From: a virus
Lineage: Duplodnaviria; Caudoviricetes
IMG/VR virus record: IMGVR_UViG_3300044676_000159
Location: 1-54,565 of that record
Length of the DNA: 54,565 nt
Reading direction: 5' to 3' (one strand)
Below are positions 1-11,214 of this stretch, in pieces (the first letter of the stretch is position 1; the number at the start of each line of letters is the position of its first letter). Under the pieces are notes generated by a model. That model did no database searches. It had not been told where the DNA came from and saw nothing but the letters and a program-made list of their open reading frames with translations. The translations under genes were made by a program, and so were the position numbers.

Positions 1-2
1 AC

Positions 3-1016
3 ACCATCCTCTACACTGCCGCTACAAGCAATGGCACTTACACGCATGGCGACTTGTCATTTCAGCCAGACTTTAGCTGGATTAAAAACCGCAACAACGT
101 AGAAGAACACTATTTTATTGACGTAGTTCGTGATAACACGTCAGTAACAAACACATTTTTGCGGTCTAACAATACCGCCGCTGAAGGTGCGGGTGGCGTT
201 AGCGGAACGACATTTAGTGTCACAAGCACAGGATATGAGTTCGTTGAAACCAGCATCAACTCTGGTGAACTATACTTTAACGGCAGAACTTACGCTGGTT
301 GGAACTGGAAGGCTGGCGGCACTGCGTCAAGCAACACCGATGGCAGTATCACATCGTCTGTGTCGGCAAGCCCAACTAGCGGTTTTAGCATCGTTGGATA
401 CACAGGGAATGGCACTAATAGTTCAACAGTAGGACACGGACTGTCATCTGCTCCTGAATTTGTAATTGTAAAGTCACGAAGCAACTCAAGGAATTGGGTT
501 GTTGAGCATAATCAAGGTTTAGGTATGTACCTAAACTTGACTAATGATGGCGCAAGTGCTGGTTCAAATACAATGACGCAGCAATCATCAACAATTAGAT
601 TTGATGATTCTAGTGACGGTAACAGGTCTGTTAATTTTAACAGTGAAACATATGTTGCTTACTGTTTCCATAGCGTTGACGGCTTCAGCAAGGTGGGGTC
701 GTATGTCGGAAATGGGTCCAGCGATGGTTCGTTTGTTTACACAGGCTTCCGTCCTGCGTGGGTTGTTATAAAACGATACGACAGTTCAAACAACTGGAAC
801 AGCCACGACAATAAACGTGGTCCGTACAACGTCAACGACTGGCGGCTTTATATGAATCTTGTCAGCGCAGAGGACAGCGGCGGGTCATACGGTGTGGATT
901 TCTTGTCAAACGGCTTTAAGGTTCGCACAAGTGAAGCTGGCTGGAACGCATCTGGCGGTAGCTATATCTATCTATGTTTCGCCGAACAACCATTTAAATA
1001 TGCCAACGCACGATAA
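3..1016 (+). CDS. Tail fibre / virion fibre protein, C-terminal part (5'-truncated)
   Basis: Frame is open from nt 3 (TILYTA...SFQPDFSWIK); GFSIVGYTGNG, GSYVGNG and YIYLCFAEQPFKY motifs typical of marine phage fibre proteins. Confidence 0.75.
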   Translation, partial: TILYTAATSNGTYTHGDLSFQPDFSWIKNRNNVEEHYFIDVVRDNTSVTNTFLRSNNTAAEGAGGVSGTTFSVTSTGYEFVETSINSGELYFNGRTYAGWNWKAGGTASSNTDGSITSSVSASPTSGFSIVGYTGNGTNSSTVGHGLSSAPEFVIVKSRSNSRNWVVEHNQGLGMYLNLTNDGASAGSNTMTQQSSTIRFDDSSDGNRSVNFNSETYVAYCFHSVDGFSKVGSYVGNGSSDGSFVYTGFRPAWVVIKRYDSSNNWNSHDNKRGPYNVNDWRLYMNLVSAEDSGGSYGVDFLSNGFKVRTSEAGWNASGGSYIYLCFAEQPFKYANAR

Positions 1017-1023
1017 GGAGTGA

Positions 1024-1578
1024 ATGATGGCTTGGAAATACAATGACACATACATCCGTGCTGGACGCAGTTGGCAGGACAGTGACGGTATCACACATCC
1101 ACGCAACTGGATGATTTGGTCTGATGAGGACAAAGCCGCTGCTGGTCTTGTGTGGGAAGATGACCCTGCATCGTTTGACAATCGCTTCTGGTGGGATGCT
1201 AACACTCCAAAAGAACTTGGTGACACGCTGTGGGTAGATGATAACGGCGATGCAATGATTGACCCAACGACAGGCGAACAAGGCGTAACGCTTGGCCTCA
1301 AGTCACAGTGGAAAGCTACCATCAAGGAACAGGCAGGTGGCAAACTTGCATCTACCGACTGGATGGTAATCAAAGCCAGCGAGGTTGCTGACTACACTGT
1401 ACCTGTTGATGTTACGACTTACCGTGCGGCTGTGCGTACAGCAAGCAACACGATTGAAGCAACGATTGACGGTGCGGCAGACCACACTGCATTTGTAGCA
1501 CTGTTTGATACACCGCTGGATGCGGACGGTAATCCAACTGGCAATGCACCCATTGCTGATTGGCCTGATGAACTTTAA
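1024..1578 (+). CDS. Putative tail fibre assembly protein
   Basis: STDWMVIKASE...YRAAVR motif; follows the fibre gene; GGAG RBS. Confidence 0.6.
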   Translation: MMAWKYNDTYIRAGRSWQDSDGITHPRNWMIWSDEDKAAAGLVWEDDPASFDNRFWWDANTPKELGDTLWVDDNGDAMIDPTTGEQGVTLGLKSQWKATIKEQAGGKLASTDWMVIKASEVADYTVPVDVTTYRAAVRTASNTIEATIDGAADHTAFVALFDTPLDADGNPTGNAPIADWPDEL

Positions 1579-1590
1579 GGAGTAAAGAAA

Positions 1591-1938
1591 ATGGCAAACA
1601 CATATACGTGGACATATCCACAACTGGACACTGCCCCCACCGAAGGTGCTTTGTCAGACGTAATCAAAACAATTCACTGGCGCATCAGTGCTGTCAGTGA
1701 CAGTGAACAAGACGCTGAAGGCAACTACCTGTCAACATCAATCTACGGCACAGCAAGTGCTGGTGAAGCTGATGCAGATAACTTTGTTGCATTTGACAGT
1801 GTGACACAAGACTGGTGCAAGGCAAAGGTGCTTGAGTCACTTGGTCAAACAGAAGCCGAACTACAGGCAAATCTGGACACAAAGATTAGTGAAATGGCAA
1901 ATCCACCTATCGTGGGTAAACTACCTGCAGGGTGGTAA
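1591..1938 (+). CDS. Hypothetical virion-associated protein
   Basis: 115 aa ORF with AAGGAG RBS in the tail module. Confidence 0.6.
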   Translation: MANTYTWTYPQLDTAPTEGALSDVIKTIHWRISAVSDSEQDAEGNYLSTSIYGTASAGEADADNFVAFDSVTQDWCKAKVLESLGQTEAELQANLDTKISEMANPPIVGKLPAGW

Positions 1939-1941
1939 GCG

Positions 1942-2166
1942 ATGGAAATGACCAGCCTTATTGACATGTTACTTGGCCTTGTTGTGGCAGGTGTTGCATG
2001 GTTTCTTGCAGAACAAAACAAAGAGCAGAAGCGGATAAACATCCTTGTGAACAAGACACGTGAGGAGTACGCAACCAAGTTTGAATTGCGTGATGACATG
2101 AGGCAGGTCATGGATGCGTTGCATCGTGTTGAAGATAAATTAGATAAAGTATTGAGTAGGGATTAA
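1942..2166 (+). CDS. Small membrane protein with C-terminal coiled coil
   Basis: N-terminal hydrophobic helix followed by a heptad-rich tail. Confidence 0.6.
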   Translation: MEMTSLIDMLLGLVVAGVAWFLAEQNKEQKRINILVNKTREEYATKFELRDDMRQVMDALHRVEDKLDKVLSRD

Positions 2167-2169
2167 GGT

Positions 2170-4746
2170 ATGGCAATGTTTAAAGCATTTAAGCCTAGCG
2201 GCATGGAGAAGATAGCACGTGCCATGGGCTATTCAGGCAACATGCAAGGCTTTCAAGACTACCTTGCTCAAGACCCTATGCGTCAACAGCAGATGCAAGG
2301 CTACCAACAGAAGGCCATGCAGATGGCAAAGGGTGGTGTGGTGAAGATGCAGACGGGCGGTATCATGCAAGCCCCCGGTGCTGTTCGGCAGACTGAACTT
2401 GGCGCACGTGGAGGTGGCCCTTACGACAGAGGGCCAGCAATAAACACTGGTACTGTAGCACAGGGTTATGACCCAACAACGATGGACAATTTAATTAAAC
2501 AAAGTGGTATGCCACCTATTCAACCCATCACAAAACCTGTAGAAAACACTGGTACTGTAGCACCGCATGCGCCTAATATAACGAGTGGCGAGTATCGTGG
2601 AATACCTTTTGACCCAAATGCTATGCGCATTCAAGAAGCATCAAAATCATTGGCACCAGAACAACTGGGACAACGCCAGCCAATAAGCATGGGTCAAATA
2701 GTTCCTGAATTTATTCCTGATACATCTAAAGTAAAGCCAGAAGACCAACTTCAGGCAGAATGGAAGCGTTTACAAGAGAGTGCGAGAAAAGCACGTGCTG
2801 AAGGATTTATGGGGCAAGTTGTTATGCCCGGTGAAGGAAGTTATGAAGATTGGAAACAACTAAATCAGTATGAACTGATGCGCAATCCAAATTTTACGCC
2901 ATCTACAGGTCAGTCACTAGTGTCTCCAGACTACAGCGGCATGACCTACGAACTAGCACTAGCAAGGCAACAACAACTTGATGTGAAATCACCAGCAGAG
3001 GCTGCAGCTATTCAGGCAGCACTTGCACGTGGTCCACAACAACAACAAGCAACCACACCCGCTGCACAGACACAACAAACTAATATTGGTGAGTCTACTG
3101 TACAACGAATGTATCAGCCGGGATTACCAGCGGGTGGTGTGACACAGGCTGCAGTTACTCCTAGTGAAGCAGGTCAGTACGTACAACCCGGTGCTGGCAC
3201 GGTTACAGGTGCAGTCGCAGTGCCTACCGCTATGGCTGCAACGCAACAGGCTGTTGCCCCACAGGAACAACAAGCAAATATAATGGAAGCTGCTACAGCC
3301 GCACCAGCCGTTGATGCGGCTATGAATGCTACCCAAGCTGCTCAAGGTACTGTAGACCCCCGCGCACAGGTTACAGCGGCCCAGCAAACAGCATCCAGTG
3401 TGGGGGACTTGACAGCAGCGCAAGGAAATGCTACACTAATAGACAATCCTGTACAGCGTCAAATACAACAGGGTGAACTTATCAGTGGTGCAGCAGCAGA
3501 TGCCGCTACCGCTGCACAGTTTACTGAACAGATTCAAGCAGCACAAGCTACACCATCTACACAAGCAACTGTACAAGGACAGCTTGCATCTCTTACTGCA
3601 AACTTTGATGCTGGCAATCCACCTGCATGGGCTGCTGGTGCTATGCGTAATGCTACAGCACAGATGGCTGCACGTGGACTTGGCGCAAGTAGCCTCGCTG
3701 GTCAGGCAATTGTTCAGGCTACGCTTGAGGCTGCTCTTCCTATTGCACAGGCTGACGCTGCTACAGTAGCACAGTTTGAGGCACAGAACCTTTCTAACAG
3801 ACAACAACGCGCCATGCTTGCCGCACAGCAACGTGCGCAGTTCATGGGGCAAGAGTTTGACCAAGCCTTCCAAGCACGTGTACAAAATGCAAGCCGTATT
3901 TCTGATATAGCTAATATGAACTTTACTGCAGAGCAGCAGGTGCAGTTAGAGAACTCTCGTGCTGCTAACACAATGAACCTCAACAATTTGTCTAATTCAC
4001 AGGCAATGGTTATGGCAGAGGCAAGTGCATTGGCACAGATGGATGCTGCTAATCTTAACAATCGTCAGCAAGCTGCAGTACAAAATGCACAGACATTCCT
4101 TCAAACTGACATGGCTAATTTGTCTAATCAGCAGCAAACAGAATTATTTAAAGCACAACAACGTACACAAGCTATGTTTACTGACCAAGCAGCTACTAAT
4201 GCTGCACGTCAGTTTAATGCTTCTAGTCAAAATCAAGTTGACCAGTTCTTTGCTAATTTAGCTACGCAAACTTCACAGTTTAACGCCACGCAGTCTAATG
4301 CACAGGCACAATTTAATGCAGGTCAGGCTAACACAGTCAACCGATTTAATGCTGAGATTAATAATCAGCGTGACCAGTTTAATGCACAGAACCAGCTTGT
4401 GATTGCGCAGAGCAATGCACAGTGGCGTCGTCAGATTGCTACTGCTGACACTGCTGCAGTTAACAGGGCAAACGAACTAAACGCTGCTGCAGTGCTTGAC
4501 ATTTCTAAGCAAGCATATGATAATCTGTGGAACTACTATGCTGACACAATGGAGTGGGCATGGACTTCGGCAGAGAACGATAAAGATAGACTAACACAAA
4601 TGGCGTTAGGCAAACTGTCAGCAGAAACAAATAAGTCAATCCAGCAGCTTAAGACAGATGCAGAAGAAAGTGGAGCAATTGGTGGTTTTTTTGCAGATAT
4701 TCTTACCAGCCAAGTTGGTGGAAGTCTGCTAGGAAAATTATTTTAA
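2170..4746 (+). CDS. Putative internal virion (ejection) protein, Gln/Ala-rich
   Basis: 858 aa, long Q/A/N-rich helical region, located after tail genes. Confidence 0.65.
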   Translation: MAMFKAFKPSGMEKIARAMGYSGNMQGFQDYLAQDPMRQQQMQGYQQKAMQMAKGGVVKMQTGGIMQAPGAVRQTELGARGGGPYDRGPAINTGTVAQGYDPTTMDNLIKQSGMPPIQPITKPVENTGTVAPHAPNITSGEYRGIPFDPNAMRIQEASKSLAPEQLGQRQPISMGQIVPEFIPDTSKVKPEDQLQAEWKRLQESARKARAEGFMGQVVMPGEGSYEDWKQLNQYELMRNPNFTPSTGQSLVSPDYSGMTYELALARQQQLDVKSPAEAAAIQAALARGPQQQQATTPAAQTQQTNIGESTVQRMYQPGLPAGGVTQAAVTPSEAGQYVQPGAGTVTGAVAVPTAMAATQQAVAPQEQQANIMEAATAAPAVDAAMNATQAAQGTVDPRAQVTAAQQTASSVGDLTAAQGNATLIDNPVQRQIQQGELISGAAADAATAAQFTEQIQAAQATPSTQATVQGQLASLTANFDAGNPPAWAAGAMRNATAQMAARGLGASSLAGQAIVQATLEAALPIAQADAATVAQFEAQNLSNRQQRAMLAAQQRAQFMGQEFDQAFQARVQNASRISDIANMNFTAEQQVQLENSRAANTMNLNNLSNSQAMVMAEASALAQMDAANLNNRQQAAVQNAQTFLQTDMANLSNQQQTELFKAQQRTQAMFTDQAATNAARQFNASSQNQVDQFFANLATQTSQFNATQSNAQAQFNAGQANTVNRFNAEINNQRDQFNAQNQLVIAQSNAQWRRQIATADTAAVNRANELNAAAVLDISKQAYDNLWNYYADTMEWAWTSAENDKDRLTQMALGKLSAETNKSIQQLKTDAEESGAIGGFFADILTSQVGGSLLGKLF

Positions 4747-4764
4747 GGGACAAGGTAAATAACA

Positions 4765-4980
4765 ATGAGCATTTATAGAGAACCTGCAAGATTGGCCATG
4801 ATTCAGTTGCGTAAAGCTGCTGAAGAACAACCGACTAAACAAGTAAGCGTAGTCAACAAAGGTTTACTTTCTCCTAAAAAGATGGTACAATCCACAGCTG
4901 GTGATACTAGAAAATCAGAATCAGCGCGTGTGTTAGATATTATGAATGCTGTACGAGAAGCAATGAGTGGAGAAGTCTAA
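4765..4980 (+). CDS. Hypothetical protein
   Basis: 71 aa ORF, stop overlaps next start. Confidence 0.55.
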   Translation: MSIYREPARLAMIQLRKAAEEQPTKQVSVVNKGLLSPKKMVQSTAGDTRKSESARVLDIMNAVREAMSGEV

Positions 4981-5468
4981 TGGCGTTTAGGGAAATTTCA
5001 AGTTTTGATGCTCCAATTCCGGGGATGTCGCTTACTCATGAACTTGGTGCGCGTCCTTGGCAAACTCCTGCAGAATTTAATAATCTAGAAGAAGCACTGG
5101 ATTATTACATTCCCCGTCTTACAGATAAAAATTACATGGGCAAGCTGATAGATATTATGGAAACAAAAATTCCTCTAACATCTATTGCAGACACACTTAC
5201 TCTAGGTGGTGTAATGCAAGGGTTACATAATATTGATGTGGCAGTTCTAGTAAATCCCATTCTTGTAGAATTGATGGAAGGCATTGCAAAGAATGCAGAA
5301 ATTGAATATGTTGTTGGCGACGATGAAGGCACGGAAGATACTCCCGATTTAATGATCGTTAAAAAAGCTATGAAAGATATTGATAAAATTGATATGCAAG
5401 AAGTAGCAGAAGTTGAAGAAGTCAATAAAAAATCGTCAGGTTTAATGTCGCGTAGAGGAGAAAACTAA
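4980..5468 (+). CDS. Conserved phage hypothetical protein (DAPIPGMSLT motif)
   Basis: 162 aa, coupled on both sides, ends GLMSRR. Confidence 0.6.
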   Translation: MAFREISSFDAPIPGMSLTHELGARPWQTPAEFNNLEEALDYYIPRLTDKNYMGKLIDIMETKIPLTSIADTLTLGGVMQGLHNIDVAVLVNPILVELMEGIAKNAEIEYVVGDDEGTEDTPDLMIVKKAMKDIDKIDMQEVAEVEEVNKKSSGLMSRRGEN

Positions 5469-7129
5469 TGGCATTTCGGTTACAGTCGGCAATTGCTGGC
5501 GCGGCAAAAAAAGCAACAGAAAATTTGAATGAACTAGATAAAGAGTATCGGCAGAGCATTAAAGATACTGCAGCAAATCTAGCTAAAGAAGCTGCTGCTG
5601 TACGGAAACAACGTATGGCTGCAGTTACCGACTATAACAGACGTGCTAGAAAACTCAGAAATAACTATGAGTTGAGTGACGCACAAATTCAGACCCTGCT
5701 GTCCGGTGGTATAGAAGAATATGATAACTTTGAAAAGGCTATTACAGCAGGTGAAACTGCTGCTAAATTGGCTGATCCAGAAGCAACTTTTGATCCAAAA
5801 ACTTTTGCACAAAAATTGTTTATTATGCCTGAAGCTGGTGTTACTGGTGACATTCTTTCTATCGCAGAACAAGCTGAGAGATATGCAGCACAAACTACTC
5901 CTGCTGCTTTGGACGTACAAACATTGGCATCTGGTATTGCGGCGGGTACTAAAACAGCTATCACTGGTATTGACACTGAGGATGTAACACAGCGTCTTAG
6001 AGAAGCTGCTGGCACGACATTGCCAACGGATTACACTGGTCCTGCTGCCGGTGATACGGGTATTCGTATGCAACGTCTTGGCGGTCTTAGTCCTACTGAG
6101 TTGATTGCCGCACAACAGGCTGCTGCTGAACTGAAACAAACAGTAAAAACTACAGAAAGTATTTCTGCAGATATAACCTTAAAAGGCGTTAAAGGCGATC
6201 TAATTAAAGCGCAAGCAAAACAACAAGAAATAATCAATGAGCAATTGCCTACTCAGCTAAGTGCAGAACTAGAGGGAACATATGCTTCGACAAAACTTAA
6301 AGAAGCGCAGACTCGTGAAGCGGGGGAGCGAAGTGAAAAAGCAATTCTTGAACAGACTAAACTTGCTGAAGAAATTGTGAATTACCAGACATATGGCGCA
6401 GAGAACGAACAGCTTGCTCTTGACTTGTTAGAAGCAAAGATTAACAAAGCAAATAGTCCTGCTGATCTGGAACAACTGCAAGCTACGTATCTTATGCAAG
6501 CATCTCAACTGGAACAAAAAGCAGCCGATCTATCAGAAGACGATCCTGATAAAGCAAGATTGATGGCGCAAGCAAAATCTACACGCGACCGCGCAAGCAA
6601 TATTCAAAACATGATAACTGCACAAGACACTACGGCAAGTGTAGATTGGTCGAAGGGTTCTCCAGAAAGTAGATTTGCTGGTTTGCTTAAGACGAGTGTA
6701 CAAGCTGCCAACATTTCCGGTTCTCTAAATTCAGCTGGTGAATGGCAGTGGGATTTTGCAAACAAACGTCCAGCATACTATACCGCTTTTGCTAACGCAG
6801 TAGATCAGTATGCAGAATTGTATTCTGGTAAGGGAAGTACGGGAGCAACTTCATCTGCTCAGAATTACGTACAACTAGATAATATTCTAACTCAGTGGTC
6901 TACTGAGGGAGAGTTTACCACAGATGTAGCAAATAGAAAAGCAGCTACTAAAACTACGCCAGCCGGAAATATTAATTTCGGAGAAAGAACACCAGCAGAA
7001 CTAGCTGACTTGCAATCAGCAAATAAATTAGTGCCGGGAGATATTGCTACGATAGAGGACGCAGAGGGTGTAAAGCGCATAGCTATGTACAGCACTCAGG
7101 GTGATTGGATTTCTGCAGGAGATTTCTAG
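5468..7129 (+). CDS. Putative internal virion protein
   Basis: 553 aa helical/coiled-coil protein in the ejection-protein block. Confidence 0.6.
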   Translation: MAFRLQSAIAGAAKKATENLNELDKEYRQSIKDTAANLAKEAAAVRKQRMAAVTDYNRRARKLRNNYELSDAQIQTLLSGGIEEYDNFEKAITAGETAAKLADPEATFDPKTFAQKLFIMPEAGVTGDILSIAEQAERYAAQTTPAALDVQTLASGIAAGTKTAITGIDTEDVTQRLREAAGTTLPTDYTGPAAGDTGIRMQRLGGLSPTELIAAQQAAAELKQTVKTTESISADITLKGVKGDLIKAQAKQQEIINEQLPTQLSAELEGTYASTKLKEAQTREAGERSEKAILEQTKLAEEIVNYQTYGAENEQLALDLLEAKINKANSPADLEQLQATYLMQASQLEQKAADLSEDDPDKARLMAQAKSTRDRASNIQNMITAQDTTASVDWSKGSPESRFAGLLKTSVQAANISGSLNSAGEWQWDFANKRPAYYTAFANAVDQYAELYSGKGSTGATSSAQNYVQLDNILTQWSTEGEFTTDVANRKAATKTTPAGNINFGERTPAELADLQSANKLVPGDIATIEDAEGVKRIAMYSTQGDWISAGDF

Positions 7130-10100
7130 TGAGATTACAGGACAGACTCAATCAAGTGATGGCAGATACACTTGATGCAGAAACAGATGACGAATCCGTT
7201 CAGCCTAAAAAGCGACGTAAATTGCAGGATGTTTTAAATGAAGTTGAAACAGTCCAGCAATCGAGTCCTCTTTCTGTAACAGAAGACTTTACTCCCAAGC
7301 CCCGTGATCCCAACGCTCTGCCTCTTCCCACTGAAGAACTAGACTTATTCAATTATGAAAGAACCGCTGCAGCAGCACAGGCTGTTGGTGCGCCTATCGA
7401 CGATGTATTATCGGACGAAGAGTTGCTGGTCGAATATGTGCCAGAATATCTTCGTCCTTTTGTGCGTGTGGTGGCAAAGGGTGCGGACGGAGCAATTGTC
7501 AAGCCTACTATTCGCAGCTTACGTTCTTTGAATGTCGGACTGACTGCAGCAGGTGAGACAACGACTGATGCTATGGCTGCATTTACACAGGCTGTGCATG
7601 ACGGTATTGTAGAAGGCAGTGCATTTGAAAGACTTACCGGCTTGACCGGAAAAGACATCATACCGTTTAGTCCTACTACATCTGGTCGTAGATTTACGGG
7701 TGATTTGGTCGATCTTGCAATGGTAGCGGATGCACCTGTAGTTGCCTCTGCTGGTGCAGCTAAGATGGCTATGCAAGCACAGATGAAAGCACTGACAAAG
7801 CGACCTGACCTGATTGTTCGTGGACTTGATGTGCCATTAAAAGAAGGCACAGCATTAGAGACAGCAATAGATAAGCTGCAACGAAAGGTTTTGCCTGATG
7901 TGCGGGTTATAAAAGATCAAGATATGATAACACCAGATATGATTGCTCGTGCTGAAAAGGCACGGCAAGCACGTGAAGAATCTGGTGAGATGACTATCGG
8001 TGAGATACGTTCTGTTACACAGAATGTCCAAGATCAGAAACGCGCTTTGGCTAGGGCTAAAGCAAAAGAAAATGATGACATTCGTGAGTCAGTTATTCGT
8101 CAGTTTGAAATTGAAAATGAATTAGAAGCAGGTGCCATATCTAAAACGGTAGCGGGTAAAACCTACATCGACTACGAAAAGATGCGCGAGTTGGGTCTTG
8201 AACGGATTGATAATCTTGATTTGGATGATGACATTGCTTGGGATTTAGGTGTAGGTCCAGCGGGGTACAGAAATCCTGTGATGAATCCAGATAAACTGGA
8301 TGCTGTTGTAGCCACCGTTGCTCGTGTAAGGGAGATGAAACCTGACGCCTTTAAGGGCAGCAAAAATGTAATGGAAACACTGTTCAGAGAAACAGTCAAT
8401 AACAATTTGATTGCCTCAGACGAACTGCTAGAGATACTGAATGAGTATGGACTATCTCTTGATGACTACATACTTATGACAGTTGGTTCTGCTACTAAGT
8501 ATGGTAAAGGACTACAGAAATTCTCCCAGATGGGTGAAGCAATGGGTAAGTATAAACTTGGTAGACCCGCAGGAAAAAGAGTTCAAGATGAATTAGACAG
8601 GGCCGAAACCCTGACTGACTGGCTACAGGGTAAGATACCGTTTTTCCCCGGAGTGAAGAAGACGGGACAAAATATTCGCAGAACAGAAAACGTAGTGCGA
8701 GGACTTATGGTGTCTGCTCTTGCTACGGCAGCCAGAAACCTAGAGTCTACTTTTATTCGTATGCCCCTTGAAGGAATGGTGAATCTTTTATCTGAAGGTA
8801 TTATACGTGGAGTACGTGCTGCAGAAAAAACTAAGGCGGGTGACTTGCAAGGTGCTAGAGATGCAGTAATGGATACTGTAAATGCTTTTAATCCTCTCTC
8901 TCGTAAGAGTGCTATTGGAGATAGCTTTGCCTACTGGAAGCATGTAAAAGACTCGTTGAAATCAGACGAGTTGACTAAGTTCATTCTTGAGCAACCGGAA
9001 AATGCCGCCCTATTAAGTAGGTACAGAGATCAGATTGTTGAAGCGCAGAAGGCAACAGGTAAGGGTGAAGGTGGCATATCTGATTTTGTGTTTAACCCCA
9101 TTGAAGATTTTGTTGACACTTTGAATGCTCCAAACCGTGCGCAGGAATTTCTCAGTCGTAATGCCTACTTCCTAACAGACTTGAACAGAGCATTGCGTAG
9201 GGAATGGGGTGTCAGTTTAGAGCAGGTAATAACAGAGGGTAAGATAAGAGAACTTATCAACGACTCGCCTACTCTGCGTCCTACACGGGGAAATAAACCT
9301 GCTCCTTCTTTTGCTGAACTAGCAACAGACGCCGTTGAAAGTGCGCTGGACAAAACATACGCTTCTCCGCCTAACTTCAAGCCTTTCAAAGAAGCACTTA
9401 AACTTTTAAATGCTATTCCGGGTAGTACCATAGCAATTGCATTCCCTCGTTTTATGTTTAAGGCTATGGAATATGTAGGTTCTGGTGTAGGTGGTGGTGT
9501 AGTACCTGCCCTACGCATTGCTGTTGGCGCAGGTAATACAGTAAAAGACGCTGACAAAGTAGCTAGAAACATAGTTGGTCTTAGCGCACTGTACGCAGCA
9601 TACGAGTATAGAACATCTGAGGATGCACCGGAAGAGTATAATAAAATTGCTAACCCGGATGGCACAACAACAACAAACATTGACCCTCAGTTTCCTCTGG
9701 GTCCGGCTCTGTATTTAGCTGAAGCTAAAAAGCAATTGGACAATGGTGGAGTTGACAACCTTTCAAACTGGCTTTTCATGAACAGGGGACGAAATTTCCA
9801 GAATGGGATAAAGACTCTGACGGGAACGAACTTCAGAAACAATCAAACATTTGGTGACATTCTTTCAGATTTCTCTAACATGTTTGCCGAAGACAATGAT
9901 GCTGCAAAATCCCAAGAAACGCAAAAGGCTTTTGGTAAGATGCTTGGCAACACTCTCACTCGTACCTTGCAACCATACAGTATGGTATTAGATGCTGAAC
10001 GTGCATTGGGTATGCGCGACATGCGTTACAAGACATTCGAAGGTGAGCCTAATCTGTCGGGTGGTGGAGCATTCGTAAAAGGATTCATGTTACCTTTTGC

Positions 10101-10698
10101 TTCACGAGGTTACTTGAGCATAAAAGAAGAGGCGGATGCCCCCGTACGTAACTTCCCAATGCTAGGTGAAAAACGTCGTCTTGGTCCTACGTGGAAACTT
10201 GCTTTGGGTATCAACATTGAACAGGGCGATAACGAGTGGCAGAAACATCTGAAATCTCTTCAGTATACTGACTACGATTTTGCCTCTAAGTCAGGGATAG
10301 ATATCATTGATAACACAATGAATGCTCTATACAATGAACTTCTTCCTGATATAGCTAAGATGTCTATGGAAGATGCGCCAGCACTGAAAGAGGAATTAAA
10401 AAAGGATGGCCGCTACAGTCCTAAAATTTTCCTTATGGAGCAGCGTAACCGAATCAATAACAATAAACGAGCAATCTTTGATTCCGTAAAAGCTGCTCAG
10501 TACAGCGGCTCATCTAATCCACCTTATGTTATGGCAGTAAATGAGTTCAGACGTATTACAAGAGATATACGGCTTCTTGCTATGAATGAATTATCTGCAA
10601 TGAAAGCTGCAAAGGGAGAACCGCCTGTCAACTTAGGTGACATCGGAGATTTGCAAAATATTATAAGCATAGCAAAACGAAAACGCAAAGAACGATAA
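7129..10698 (+). CDS. Large putative internal virion protein
   Basis: ~1190 aa, last gene of the virion arm; GTG start overlapping the previous stop is assumed. Confidence 0.6.
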   Translation: MRLQDRLNQVMADTLDAETDDESVQPKKRRKLQDVLNEVETVQQSSPLSVTEDFTPKPRDPNALPLPTEELDLFNYERTAAAAQAVGAPIDDVLSDEELLVEYVPEYLRPFVRVVAKGADGAIVKPTIRSLRSLNVGLTAAGETTTDAMAAFTQAVHDGIVEGSAFERLTGLTGKDIIPFSPTTSGRRFTGDLVDLAMVADAPVVASAGAAKMAMQAQMKALTKRPDLIVRGLDVPLKEGTALETAIDKLQRKVLPDVRVIKDQDMITPDMIARAEKARQAREESGEMTIGEIRSVTQNVQDQKRALARAKAKENDDIRESVIRQFEIENELEAGAISKTVAGKTYIDYEKMRELGLERIDNLDLDDDIAWDLGVGPAGYRNPVMNPDKLDAVVATVARVREMKPDAFKGSKNVMETLFRETVNNNLIASDELLEILNEYGLSLDDYILMTVGSATKYGKGLQKFSQMGEAMGKYKLGRPAGKRVQDELDRAETLTDWLQGKIPFFPGVKKTGQNIRRTENVVRGLMVSALATAARNLESTFIRMPLEGMVNLLSEGIIRGVRAAEKTKAGDLQGARDAVMDTVNAFNPLSRKSAIGDSFAYWKHVKDSLKSDELTKFILEQPENAALLSRYRDQIVEAQKATGKGEGGISDFVFNPIEDFVDTLNAPNRAQEFLSRNAYFLTDLNRALRREWGVSLEQVITEGKIRELINDSPTLRPTRGNKPAPSFAELATDAVESALDKTYASPPNFKPFKEALKLLNAIPGSTIAIAFPRFMFKAMEYVGSGVGGGVVPALRIAVGAGNTVKDADKVARNIVGLSALYAAYEYRTSEDAPEEYNKIANPDGTTTTNIDPQFPLGPALYLAEAKKQLDNGGVDNLSNWLFMNRGRNFQNGIKTLTGTNFRNNQTFGDILSDFSNMFAEDNDAAKSQETQKAFGKMLGNTLTRTLQPYSMVLDAERALGMRDMRYKTFEGEPNLSGGGAFVKGFMLPFASRGYLSIKEEADAPVRNFPMLGEKRRLGPTWKLALGINIEQGDNEWQKHLKSLQYTDYDFASKSGIDIIDNTMNALYNELLPDIAKMSMEDAPALKEELKKDGRYSPKIFLMEQRNRINNNKRAIFDSVKAAQYSGSSNPPYVMAVNEFRRITRDIRLLAMNELSAMKAAKGEPPVNLGDIGDLQNIISIAKRKRKER

Positions 10699-10699
10699 T

Positions 10700-10731
10700 A
10701 AAAAAGGGGGCAATTAAGCCCCCTCTCTTTT
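10700..10731. terminator. Bidirectional Rho-independent terminator
   Basis: A-tract, AGGGGGC-aattaa-GCCCCCT stem-loop, T-rich tract, between convergent arms. Confidence 0.85.
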
Positions 10732-10834
10732 AGCGCAAGCAGTCACACACTGTATGCACTAACCCTACTCCAATTATGTAGGCGATATACGTGACTACAA
10801 TAGCCAAGCACACTCGCATGAACCACTTGCTCAC
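10730..10834 (-). CDS. Small membrane peptide (34 aa, not in ORF track)
   Basis: GTG overlaps MazG stop; MSKWFMRVCLAIVVTYIAYIIGVGLVHTVCDCLR. Confidence 0.45.
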   Translation of the reverse strand: MSKWFMRVCLAIVVTYIAYIIGVGLVHTVCDCLR

Positions 10835-11214
10835 CTATTGTCACCACTGCCCGACAGTTTACCTCGTTTCTTTCTATCGTGCAGCTTCTCCAAGTTCTTT
10901 TCCATGACATGTCCTAAGTCCATGCCCATCTCCTCTGCAAGAACGGCACAGTACCACAGGACATCTCCTATCTCATAGCCAATCTGAATCTTTTTCTCAA
11001 GGAACTCTTCCTCCGTGGCTCCATCACGGATGAACTTCTTAACCTTGTTGGCAATCTCCCCAGCCTCACCTGTAAGACCTAGAGCAAGATACTCCATAGC
11101 CTTGTGCTTCGGGAAGATTGCTGTCTCACACGCCTTGTCTTGGTAAAGCGTTGCTGTAATCGTACTCACTTGTTTCTCCTTCATCCACTGTTTAGCTTCT
11201 TGCTCTAGGCTCAT
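10831..11214 (-). CDS. mazG: MazG-like nucleotide pyrophosphohydrolase
   Basis: GLTGEAGEIANKVKK...EIGDVLWY...NLEKL motifs; start at MSLEQ chosen. Confidence 0.85.
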   Translation of the reverse strand: MSLEQEAKQWMKEKQVSTITATLYQDKACETAIFPKHKAMEYLALGLTGEAGEIANKVKKFIRDGATEEEFLEKKIQIGYEIGDVLWYCAVLAEEMGMDLGHVMEKNLEKLHDRKKRGKLSGSGDNR